Below are positions 16,845-25,020 of a DNA stretch of 32,000 bases, in pieces. The DNA lies in the NCBI RefSeq assembly GCF_000446015.1, contig NC_022093.1, forward strand, positions 450,001 to 482,000, written 5' to 3'. The translations under genes and the position numbers were made by a program. The notes under the pieces are model-generated. The model did not search any database. It was not told where the DNA came from and saw only the letters and a program-made list of their open reading frames with translations. The stretch's first letter is position 1. Every line of letters begins with the position of its first letter. Source of the stretch: Thermofilum adornatum (lineage in GTDB: Archaea > Thermoproteota > Thermoprotei > Thermofilales > Thermofilaceae).

Positions 16845-17147
16845 GTGTTGGTGAAAGCCTCCGTGGAAACCGTTGGAGATTGGCCTTTGATGGACGAGGA
16901 GATACTTATCCTCGAGACAGGCGACAAGATGTACTTTAATTTTCCATACACTCTTTACAGGAAAGAGCTACGCAAGAGGCTAATAGACTACAACGTAGAA
17001 GCAAAGGTTACAGAGAACGCTCTAGGAGGCAAAAGAGTCGAACTCATCGTTGACAAACAGGTAGGCCTAGAGATCAAGGCTTGGCTGGCGCTACGGCTAC
17101 CCACCATGGATGGAAAATACTTTATAACAGAAATGGAGGAAGTCTAG
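16845..17147 (+). CDS. hypothetical protein (85-100 aa)
   Basis: The ORF has a GTG start at 16845 and an alternative ATG at 16890. I recognise no family. It lies directly upstream of the leader-distal end of CRISPR array 2. Confidence 0.4.
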   Translation: MLVKASVETVGDWPLMDEEILILETGDKMYFNFPYTLYRKELRKRLIDYNVEAKVTENALGGKRVELIVDKQVGLEIKAWLALRLPTMDGKYFITEMEEV

Positions 17148-17213
17148 TCATTCTCGCTCCACTCGCCCGCTTTCCTTTTCCCCGGGAAAACAAAAACAAC
17201 TTTGATACTTCGT

Positions 17214-18085
17214 CTTTCAATTCTTTCTTAGTTGCATCTAGGGGCGGCGGCTTTGGAAGCTGCGGTGGTTCCATTCTCTTTCAATTCTTTCTTAGTTGCA
17301 TCCCAAAGTGGGAGGCCTTAAAGAGAATGAGGGTCTTACGCGATGTCTTTCAATTCTTTCTTAGTTGCATCGAGGCTGAAAAAAGCGGGCTACACGGAGG
17401 GGGCAATAAACACTTTCAATTCTTTCTTAGTTGCATCCCGTCAGAGTTTATTCCAAAGCTGGGCATCACATCAGCCTTTCAATTCTTTCTTAGTTGCATC
17501 AAAGGCGAGTTCGGCGTCGTGGGTGGAGAAAAGATTGCATTGGCAACTTTCAATTCTTTCTTAGTTGCATCACTGAAAAGAGACTTGTTTACCTCTACAA
17601 AGCGATAACTTTCAATTCTTTCTTAGTTGCATCAGGGCTTCCGCGTGCCTGATACTAACCGTGACCGATATTGAGGCTTTCAATTCTTTCTTAGTTGCAT
17701 CTCATTCAGATATCAATGCCGCGCTCAACATCCTCAAAAAAGCCTTTCAATTCTTTCTTAGTTGCATCTGGAGGTTGGGGACTTCGAGGAACGAAAAACT
17801 CTTTTAGACTTTCAATTCTTTCTTAGTTGCATCCTCGAGGTCTAGGATTGCACTCTTAAGCCTAATATAGTTCTTTCAATTCTTTCTTAGTTGCATCTCT
17901 ACCTGGCTAAAAGATTTGATTACTATTTCTTCCACTTTCAATTCTTTCTTAGTTGCATCAGAGAAATCTGAGAACTCATTAAAAGTCCTATTGCATACTT
18001 TCAATTCTTTCTTAGTTGCATCTCAACTCTTGATGCGTCAGGGACACGCTGTCATATTCACTTTCAATTCTTTCTTAGTTGCATC
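17214..18085 (-). CRISPR. CRISPR array 2: 14 identical 25-nt repeats and 13 spacers (37-46 nt)
   Basis: The plus-strand repeat is CTTTCAATTCTTTCTTAGTTGCATC. Repeats start at 17214, 17278, 17347, 17413, 17476, 17547, 17609, 17677, 17744, 17809, 17873, 17935, 17998 and 18061. The minus-strand reading GATGCAACTAAGAAAGAATTGAAAG ends in ATTGAAAG. Confidence 0.97.
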
Positions 18086-18360
18086 CGAAATTTTTTACCC
18101 AGGAGGGGTTTATATGTTTAACGTTTGATTTTATCAAGAAGTCTGTAAAACTGCCCTAGCACTCAAAATTACACATTGGAAGCTTCTGAAACTTCCTTAT
18201 CGAGAAACTTCCCGAAACACCCCGTTTTAGGTCGGGAATTTTTCCCGTAAACCTAAATTTAAAATAACCTTCCCAACGAGAAACTTCATAAATAACTTTT
18301 AGTTTGGCTTTAAGGAAGATATTGACAAAAATCTATTTTGGTTTATAAGAAGGCTTTTGT
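18086..18360 (-). promoter_or_regulatory. putative CRISPR leader for array 2 (extent uncertain)
   Basis: This AT-rich non-coding flank lies on the side predicted to be upstream by repeat orientation. On the minus strand CATATAAACCCC lies about 20-30 nt from the first repeat. It contains repeated GAAACTTCC and CGAGAAACTTC motifs. Confidence 0.45.
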
Positions 18361-18567
18361 ATACTTGGAGAACTGGAGGGGTGAGTTTTCCTGTTTGGGT
18401 CTGACTAATCACTTGAATGTTTCCTGTCGGAGGTTTCGGGCTATCTGGGTTTTGATTTAGGATGGCCGTGTGTTTTCGTTTTTGAGTGGTGGATCCTGGG
18501 AGGCTGTGGCTGTGGACTGTTGTTTTGGGGGCGCTCGTTTTAAATAGGTCTCTACGTATCTAACAAT

Positions 18568-18621
18568 GCAATGATGATCCTTGTAAGGTCTGTATAGGTG
18601 ATGTGTCGAACCCCGCTGAGC
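18568..18621 (+). ncRNA. candidate C/D box sRNA (2'-O-methylation guide)
   Basis: C is AUGAUGA (18571-18577), followed by a 12-nt guide. D' is CUGU (18590-18593), followed by 4 nt. C' is GUGAUGU (18598-18604), followed by an 11-nt guide. D is CUGA (18616-18619). The flanking GC (18568-69) can pair with GC (18620-21) as a terminal stem. The candidate is intergenic, 38 nt upstream of the methyltransferase gene. Confidence 0.5.
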
Positions 18622-18658
18622 TAGAAATTCTTTAAAGCGGCATTGTTGTTTCGTTTTT

Positions 18659-19300
18659 GTGGGTGGGTGCCAGTATATTGTGGCTATAGAGGTGCTTGAG
18701 CCGTTTATAAGCAAGTGGATGTTCCACGAGTTAAAGCATGTGTTAGAGGTGCTTCCCGGGGACTGTGTTCACATTTATAACGTTAGGAGGGAATGCGAGG
18801 TCTCCATTCTTGCGGGTCTTTTCGGCTATGTGTCTCAGGGGAGCATAGCGGAGAGCGGGGACTTGCAGCGGTTTGACAGGGTGTTGGTGCTTGATCCACG
18901 TGCAGAAAAAGCGCTCTCGCCGGGGGACTTCTCGGGCCGGGTTCTAGTCGTTGTTGGTGGTATTATGGGTTCGCATCCACCTTCTGGGAGAACCCATAGA
19001 GAGCTGACTAGCAGGCTTTCCGTGGGCGAGGCGAGAAATATTGGGGCTGGGCAGTATACGATTGACGGCGCAGTATATGTGGCTAGCGAGGTTGCGAGGG
19101 GGAAGAGGTTGGAGGAGGTCCCCTTTGTTGACGGGCTGACTTTGACGGGTGAAGGTTTCGAGGTGTTTTTGCCGTATCGCTACCCATTGAGGAACGGTGC
19201 CCCGTTTATTTCTGAGGAAGAGAAAAGATACATTCTAGAGGAGCTAGAGGAGGACGAGTACCAGTTTTTATCCCAGGGCAGGCCCCCGGCCATATGCTAG
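18659..19300 (+). CDS. SPOUT-class SAM-dependent methyltransferase, Sfm1/DUF431-like
   Basis: By-eye similarity to yeast Sfm1 is seen in four stretches: YIVAIEVLEPFISKWMFHEL, VLVLDPRAEKALSPGDF, VVVGGIMGSHPPSGRTHREL and LPYRYPL. The start codon is GTG. Confidence 0.65.
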   Translation: MGGCQYIVAIEVLEPFISKWMFHELKHVLEVLPGDCVHIYNVRRECEVSILAGLFGYVSQGSIAESGDLQRFDRVLVLDPRAEKALSPGDFSGRVLVVVGGIMGSHPPSGRTHRELTSRLSVGEARNIGAGQYTIDGAVYVASEVARGKRLEEVPFVDGLTLTGEGFEVFLPYRYPLRNGAPFISEEEKRYILEELEEDEYQFLSQGRPPAIC

Positions 19301-19354
19301 AGACATGTTGCCGTGCCGGCGCCAAGCCCTCTTGGTTCTTGTTCAACGGTGCGT

Positions 19355-20752
19355 TTACTCGCTTGTCTTGACTCTTTCTACAGATACGAGGTCGGTTGAG
19401 CCGCGTCTCCTGCCAGACGTGAAGACTACTAGTTCTCCCACGTTGACTAGGCTGTTTTCGAGGGCTTTTGCGAGCATTTTCTGGAAGATTTCTGGGTCGG
19501 TTTTTTGTATCTCTGGATAGTAGAGTGGGGTTGCCCCGCTCATGAGGTTTGTGTAGCGTGCTGTTTTGAGGTCGTTTGTAATGAGTATTACTGGTTTCTG
19601 TGGCCTGAACTTTGAGAGCCGTCTCGCGGTGTTTCCCTTTTCGGAGAACGCTATGATCTTTGCGTTGATTATTTTTGAGAGGAGAACTACTCCTTCCGCT
19701 ATCGACTCGTATAGGTCGGCCTTGTCTGACGTTATCTCTAGGGGTTCTGGGGGGAGTTTCTCTGCCTCTGTGATTATTTTCTTGAGCCAGACAACTGATT
19801 CTACTGGGTATTTGCCCGCGGCTGTTTCTCCTGCAAGCATGAGGGCGTCGGCCCCCATTCGGACCGCTGTTATGACGTCTACGACCTCGCTCCTGGTGGG
19901 AATGGGGTTGTTGATCATTGATTCTAGGAGCTGGGTGGCAACTACGCTTGGTTTTCCCTGTCTTCTAGCCTCTCTTATTATGAAGTTCTGTAGCCTGTAG
20001 ATTTCTTCTAGCTCATAGTAGTTTGCTAGGTCGCCTCGCGCAACGAGGACTGCGTCGCTCAGCTGGAGTATGCTTTCAAGGGACTCCACTGCGCTTTTCG
20101 TCTCTATCTTTGCCATTATCTTGACGTCTTCTGCGCCCAGGTCGAAGAGAGTGTCTCGTAGTTGCTGTATGTCTTGAGGCTTTCTTACAAAGCTGAGAGC
20201 AATAACATCGAAGCCTGTTTTAACTGCGAACTCTATGTCCTTCATATCCTTCTCTGTGATCGTGGGTAGCGGGACATCCTTGCCCCTAATTGTTACAGTC
20301 TTCCTGGGCTTGACTTCGCCTTCTACCACCGCTTGGCAGACGGCTTCGCCGGCGCCGACCTTTGTGACTCTAAACGTGAGTGCGCCTCCTTCGACTAGTA
20401 CCTCGTCTCCCTCCTTAGCTATTTCAAAGAACGGGGCATAGGGGACTGGGACTTTTTTGCTCTCGGCTGTCTCTTTCGCGTTTACAAAGACTACGTCGTC
20501 TCCTGGGTTAACCCTGAAGCTGTTGAAGTTTCCTAGACGTATTACTGGTCCCTGCAGGTCTCCCAGTATCGTTATTGGACGTGTCTGGGTCTCGAACTTT
20601 CTGAGAGTATCTACTATTTCCTTGTATTTTTCATAGTCTGCATGGGAGAAATTTAGCCTGAATATTCTTACCCCTTCCAAGATTAAGCGTTTTATTGTTT
20701 CCTCGCTCCAAGATGCGGGTCCAAGCGTTGCCACGATCTTAGTTCTTTGCAT
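19355..20752 (-). CDS. pyk: pyruvate kinase
   Basis: The motifs KIVATLGPAS, IMAKIETKSAV and VARGDL are present. Length is 465 aa. Confidence 0.9.
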   Translation of the reverse strand: MQRTKIVATLGPASWSEETIKRLILEGVRIFRLNFSHADYEKYKEIVDTLRKFETQTRPITILGDLQGPVIRLGNFNSFRVNPGDDVVFVNAKETAESKKVPVPYAPFFEIAKEGDEVLVEGGALTFRVTKVGAGEAVCQAVVEGEVKPRKTVTIRGKDVPLPTITEKDMKDIEFAVKTGFDVIALSFVRKPQDIQQLRDTLFDLGAEDVKIMAKIETKSAVESLESILQLSDAVLVARGDLANYYELEEIYRLQNFIIREARRQGKPSVVATQLLESMINNPIPTRSEVVDVITAVRMGADALMLAGETAAGKYPVESVVWLKKIITEAEKLPPEPLEITSDKADLYESIAEGVVLLSKIINAKIIAFSEKGNTARRLSKFRPQKPVILITNDLKTARYTNLMSGATPLYYPEIQKTDPEIFQKMLAKALENSLVNVGELVVFTSGRRRGSTDLVSVERVKTSE

Positions 20753-20770
20753 GGGTTTTGTTTGCCTGGA

Positions 20771-20782
20771 TTTAATATAAAG
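20771..20782 (-). promoter_or_regulatory. TATA box (CTTTATATTAAA on the minus strand) for pyk
   Basis: Its centre lies about 24 nt upstream of the pyk ATG, within the 30-bp gap after the helicase stop. This implies a leaderless or near-leaderless mRNA. Confidence 0.4.
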
Positions 20783-23700
20783 CTATGTTTGTTCCTCTTT
20801 TTGGCCTAATAGAAGCCACAGGAGATAAATTATCCTCGCGTTCTCTTCGACAAATTTTTTGAAGAATTCGTCGTAGGTTTCGCTTACCATGTCTGGATAA
20901 ATTTTCCTGGAGTTTTTTACCTTCAGCTGGAGGTTTGTTATCTTGAGTTCTAGGTCTTCTAGCCTAATGGGCTGTGTTACCCCTATTGCCCTGTATGCGT
21001 CGCTTCCAAGGAACTGCCTAATGGTCAGGAGGGTGGCAGGCGAGCCAAATTTTTCTTCGGCTTTCTGCTTGAGGTCTATGACTAGTTTGAGCTGGATGAG
21101 TCCGCTTAGGAGGGCTGCCTGGTATGTTAGGCCAGAATTGTGGAGCTCGCTTCTTACCCTGTCAAGGTCATAGACCAGGATCTTAAAGCCACTATTGACA
21201 AGATTCATGAGCGTGTTGTTTACTGTGTCTACGGGGCCGCTTGACTTGTAGTAGTACTTGTCGAACGAGGATACCTTGGCTTCTTCCCCGTCGTAGATGC
21301 AGATATAGGTTCTGAGGACTTCTCCCGTCTCTGTTAGGGGGATCTGGAGGGTTTCCATTGATAATACTTTGAGGTGCCTGCCAGGCTTCGGCACGAAGAA
21401 CTCTTTTCCGCCAAACTGAAGTCTTATCTTGTTCTTTGCAAGTATATATTCCAGGACCCTCTTCGCAAACATTTTCGCAATGTCCCAGCTCCCAGACAGC
21501 GAGACCCATTCAACGTGTGCCTCCTCGTCCCTCTGCAGAAGGTATATCTCGCTGAGATCAGAGGGGGCGAAGCCGTCTATTTCATTGTAGATTTTTGCCC
21601 AGTCTAGCTTCTCGATGTAGCCTGCACATTCTTCTTCCCACAGTACAAGGGTTTTCCTGCCCCCAAAAGATGAGAGGGAATATGAGAATGTCCACAGGGG
21701 AAGATTGTATTTTTCGCGCAGAAAGACTGAAAGCGTGGCCAGCCCGAGCCTTATCTTGTTGGTGTCTTCCCGAGAATCGAGCTCGTATAGTTCTCCGTAC
21801 GTGAAATCACTGTACCTGCCGGCCACGAATCCTGGAACCTCTATTACCTTGCGTCTATGCAGGATGAGCGTTTTTCCGGAAAGGTCGTACACTTGGCCCC
21901 TCTCGCTCTCCGTTATCCAGAGAACCTTGTAGGGGAGCTTAATGTACATCCCGAAGCCAGTAGTTGGCGGTATCACGTTGCTGACGGCTTCTGAGCGTAG
22001 CAGCCCCCTATAGAAGTCTCTGTAGAGGCTTGGTTGCTCGCCCCACTGTATCTTTGTTTTTTTGTATTCCTCGATGGTGTAGGCTAGGGCATCGTGGCTG
22101 TAGAGGAGCTGCTCGCTCAATGGATACACTTCTATTTTCCTGACTACTCTCCCCTTGCTACCGCCGATCTGAATATTTGCAACGATGCCATCACTAGTGT
22201 AGTCGAAGCATCCAACTTGGAACTTTTCCACGAGGTCAGAGAACGAGACGTCTTCTAGGTATTTCTCTGACGAATCTATCTTGAAGACTCTTTTCACGCC
22301 GAACGGTGGGGCATATTCGTAAAAGTTGATATAGTACCATGCCTGTTCCCCTCTTTTGGTGAGCCTGTTCCCCTCGAGAAGCCCTAGACTCTGCAGGAAC
22401 TCTGCTTCGCTTCTTGACAGCTTTTGTCTCGCCTTTACCTTGAATAGGTAATAGAACAAGTATGCATACTTGTTGTCCTTGTTTATCAGCGTGATTTCTA
22501 GTGGAGACTTCACCCAGCTAAAGAAGGCGTCTACGCCACGCGAGAGTAGTTCGCGGTCCCACCTAGAGATAGGTATTATTATAGACTCGGTAAACTCTTG
22601 TTCAAGCCTTCTACCTTTTCTTCCCTCCTTTTGGTAAAACTCCCTTACATCTTCTGGAAGCCCAAGATGTATTATCCTGGCTATGGTTCCAATGTCTATT
22701 CCCTGGGCAAGGGTCTTCGGAGAAATAATGATCCTTATTTCTCCCTTTCTGGCTTTTTCCTCTATTTCCTCTCTTTGCCTTTTCGAAACAAGGTGGTGAT
22801 GTGTAGCCACGAGTTCAAGGTTTTTCTCGCCGAGCCGGCTCCTCAGCTTCCTGTAGAGGTCTTCTGCAGACTCAATACTACGTGTAAAAACAACAGTAAC
22901 GACGTCGTCCTCCAGATATGAGGAGACAATTTCCACGGGGTCTATAAAAGGCGATGGGACATCTACTCCAAGCGCCCTGAAGACCTCCACTATTTTGTAC
23001 AAGTTTTTCTTGAAAAGGTCGAAGTCTTTTAGTGAACGCTTTATGTCTTCACCGACTCCGGCCTCTTCGAGCAGATATGCGTGTTCCTGTGCAAACTTCC
23101 ATAGTTCTTCCAAGTTTTTCCCGAGAACCAGTATGTACTTGTTCCTCCTCTTGAAGGGCTTACCTTCTATAACCACGCATTCACGTGAAGTTGTCTCTGT
23201 CAGCATGGCGCATAGCTCCTCGGGGTTCGAGATCCCGGCGGTCAGCACAGCTACCTGTAGCTGTTGCCTGATTTCAGAGAGAATCTTTAGCATAGAATAG
23301 AGTAGGGCGATTTCTCTTGGGCTATAGAAGTCTACCTCGTCTATAACGATTAGGTCTAGATTGTTAAGGAAGGCATACAGGATTGAGCTGGAGGGTTTTG
23401 TAGCTATTCTCTTTATCTCCATTAGCATGAAGGCTGGATTAGTCACAACGATGTCTGCCTCTTTTAGTTCTCCTCTCAGCGTAGAAATCTTCTTTCCGTC
23501 TCTTAGCAACTGCTCTTTCGAAACAGAGTCTATCCTTGCAGTCTTTATGCCAAGGCTACGTGAGTAGTCCTCTATCCTCTTCAACTGGTCAGAAGCAAGG
23601 GCCAGCGTGGGGTAAATTGCCAGGGTCTTTTTGCGGTGTTTCCACGCATATATGAACCATGCCTCCGTCTTCCCACTGCCAGTTCCAGCCCTCAGTATAA

Positions 23701-23908
23701 TGTTTTTTCCCTCGGTCAGAGCCTGGAGTGCCCTTAACTGATGCACGTATATTTTTCTCGTCAAAAGTTTCCCAAGTAGTCCTTCAGCCCCGCTTATGCC
23801 AAATAGCTCTGAGAACGTTGTTTCAAGCGTTTCCGGCTCTGACTCCGGCTCCTCGCCTGTAGTGTAGTAGTAGGACAGCTTGTCTAATAATGTCTCCGAA
23901 TTAAGCAT
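20783..23908 (-). CDS. large SF2 (DExD/H-box) ATP-dependent helicase with an uncharacterised C-terminal half of about 550 aa
   Basis: The full motif set sits in the N-terminal 480 aa or so: I AGTGSGKTEAW, Ia YPTLALASDQ, II VIDEVDFY, III LTAG, V SPKTLAQGIDIG and VI QKEGRKGRR. I recognise no family for the C-terminus. Confidence 0.8.
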   Translation of the reverse strand: MLNSETLLDKLSYYYTTGEEPESEPETLETTFSELFGISGAEGLLGKLLTRKIYVHQLRALQALTEGKNIILRAGTGSGKTEAWFIYAWKHRKKTLAIYPTLALASDQLKRIEDYSRSLGIKTARIDSVSKEQLLRDGKKISTLRGELKEADIVVTNPAFMLMEIKRIATKPSSSILYAFLNNLDLIVIDEVDFYSPREIALLYSMLKILSEIRQQLQVAVLTAGISNPEELCAMLTETTSRECVVIEGKPFKRRNKYILVLGKNLEELWKFAQEHAYLLEEAGVGEDIKRSLKDFDLFKKNLYKIVEVFRALGVDVPSPFIDPVEIVSSYLEDDVVTVVFTRSIESAEDLYRKLRSRLGEKNLELVATHHHLVSKRQREEIEEKARKGEIRIIISPKTLAQGIDIGTIARIIHLGLPEDVREFYQKEGRKGRRLEQEFTESIIIPISRWDRELLSRGVDAFFSWVKSPLEITLINKDNKYAYLFYYLFKVKARQKLSRSEAEFLQSLGLLEGNRLTKRGEQAWYYINFYEYAPPFGVKRVFKIDSSEKYLEDVSFSDLVEKFQVGCFDYTSDGIVANIQIGGSKGRVVRKIEVYPLSEQLLYSHDALAYTIEEYKKTKIQWGEQPSLYRDFYRGLLRSEAVSNVIPPTTGFGMYIKLPYKVLWITESERGQVYDLSGKTLILHRRKVIEVPGFVAGRYSDFTYGELYELDSREDTNKIRLGLATLSVFLREKYNLPLWTFSYSLSSFGGRKTLVLWEEECAGYIEKLDWAKIYNEIDGFAPSDLSEIYLLQRDEEAHVEWVSLSGSWDIAKMFAKRVLEYILAKNKIRLQFGGKEFFVPKPGRHLKVLSMETLQIPLTETGEVLRTYICIYDGEEAKVSSFDKYYYKSSGPVDTVNNTLMNLVNSGFKILVYDLDRVRSELHNSGLTYQAALLSGLIQLKLVIDLKQKAEEKFGSPATLLTIRQFLGSDAYRAIGVTQPIRLEDLELKITNLQLKVKNSRKIYPDMVSETYDEFFKKFVEENARIIYLLWLLLGQKEEQT

Positions 23909-24013
23909 GTCTTCCTAGCGTTGCGATATTTCTAGGCATTATTTTACCCTTTTGCTGTTTTTCATTTCGTATATAACTTTATAAGGAGAGTAGGTCTTCA
24001 ACCTTAGAGTAAT

Positions 24014-24706
24014 ATGCATCCATTCATCAAATGGCTGTTTGATGTTGCTAATTGGGTAGGAGGCTACCCAGGGATTTTTGTCATTTCTCTTCTTGGTAAC
24101 CTCCTGCCGTTTATGCCAATTCCCTACCTTTTCGTGGTATATCTCTATGCGACCTTTATTCCTGGCTCCAACCCAATCTTGGTTGGTATCGTGAGCGGCC
24201 TCGGTGGTGGGGTAGGCAAGCTTCTTGTCTACCTGGCTAGCAGGGAAGGTGCACATGTAGTTTTAAGCGAGGAGTCACAGAAGAGATATGAGCGAATCGG
24301 CAAGCTACTAGGAAACTATGGCGCCCTAATGGTCTTTCTCTTCGCAGTTACACCTTCTCCCGACGACGTAATTATTATCCCGCTTGGCCTCATGAAGTAT
24401 GACCCCCTAAGGTTCTTCGTCGCAGTTACAATCGGAAAAATAATGATCAGCATTGCTACTGCATATTTAGGTAAAACTGTTGCATTTTTGACAAAAGAAA
24501 GCCTCCTATATGAGATCATAACATCCATACTTCTCTTTTTATTTGTAATGATATTGCTAGTTATCGTTGACTGGGAACTACTTCTAACAGACCTAGGAGA
24601 AAAGGGACTGCAGAGATTCCTCATGGAACTTAGGAGGAACGGCTTCTCAAGGTATCTCAGAAGAACTAATCGAGCAAGAGAAGACACGGGAAATTCTAAG
24701 TCCTAA
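24014..24706 (+). CDS. DedA/VTT-domain family membrane protein
   Basis: The DedA-like pattern GYPGIFVISLLGNLLPFMPIPY is present. Multiple hydrophobic segments are followed by a basic C-terminal tail. Confidence 0.65.
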   Translation: MHPFIKWLFDVANWVGGYPGIFVISLLGNLLPFMPIPYLFVVYLYATFIPGSNPILVGIVSGLGGGVGKLLVYLASREGAHVVLSEESQKRYERIGKLLGNYGALMVFLFAVTPSPDDVIIIPLGLMKYDPLRFFVAVTIGKIMISIATAYLGKTVAFLTKESLLYEIITSILLFLFVMILLVIVDWELLLTDLGEKGLQRFLMELRRNGFSRYLRRTNRAREDTGNSKS

Positions 24707-24762
24707 TAATCTCAACCCTCAAATAAAAAAGGATATTAAGCTGGAAAACTCCTGGTTTCTTC

Positions 24763-25011
24763 GTGGCCGAAAAAGACTATAAGTATGAAATCGAGATAAT
24801 CAAGCTCGAAAAGCCTCTGAAGATTGACGCAAAGCTTCTAGAAGACCTAAAGCAGGCCAAGCTTTCCAGAAAAATGATTGCAGAAATGAAGAAAGAGGCT
24901 GTAAACTGCCCTGTTCTAGGCACACAGGTGCCGTTCCTACAATGCTATAACTGCAAGAACTTTGTCCGCAGAGTCAAGGGAAAAGTTTATTGTAGAGGCA
25001 ACCCACTCTAA
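24763..25011 (+). CDS. small hypothetical protein (82 aa) with a 4-Cys C-terminal putative zinc-binding motif
   Basis: The start codon is GTG. The N-terminus is charged and helical, followed by C-x11-C-x2-C-x12-C. It lies 9 nt upstream of the phosphatase gene. Confidence 0.45.
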   Translation: MAEKDYKYEIEIIKLEKPLKIDAKLLEDLKQAKLSRKMIAEMKKEAVNCPVLGTQVPFLQCYNCKNFVRRVKGKVYCRGNPL

Positions 25012-25020
25012 GATAAAGCT

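Noticed and set aside
17201-17208. TTTGATAC lies just upstream of array 2 and matches the 3' end of the array 1 variant repeat, which could be a decayed repeat.
   Set aside because: Only 8 of 25 positions match and the rest of the putative repeat is unrelated, so the evidence is insufficient.
17081-18128. Track ORFs 17081..17608, 17343..17564 and 17916..18128 contain the recurring peptide FNSFLVAS.
   Set aside because: They are read-through translations of CRISPR array 2. The repeated peptide is simply the 25-nt repeat translated.
18598-18625. The minus-strand reading GCTCAGCGGGGTTCGACAC looks superficially like a tRNA D-arm or T-arm.
   Set aside because: No complementary T-stem, acceptor stem or anticodon arm can be drawn. 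The plus-strand C/D box arrangement explains the sequence better.
18457-18714. An 85-aa minus-strand ORF spans the C/D candidate and the methyltransferase start.
   Set aside because: It has an odd composition (Pro/Thr/Gln/His-rich) and no recognisable motif. It overlaps the start of a well-supported gene and is most likely spurious.
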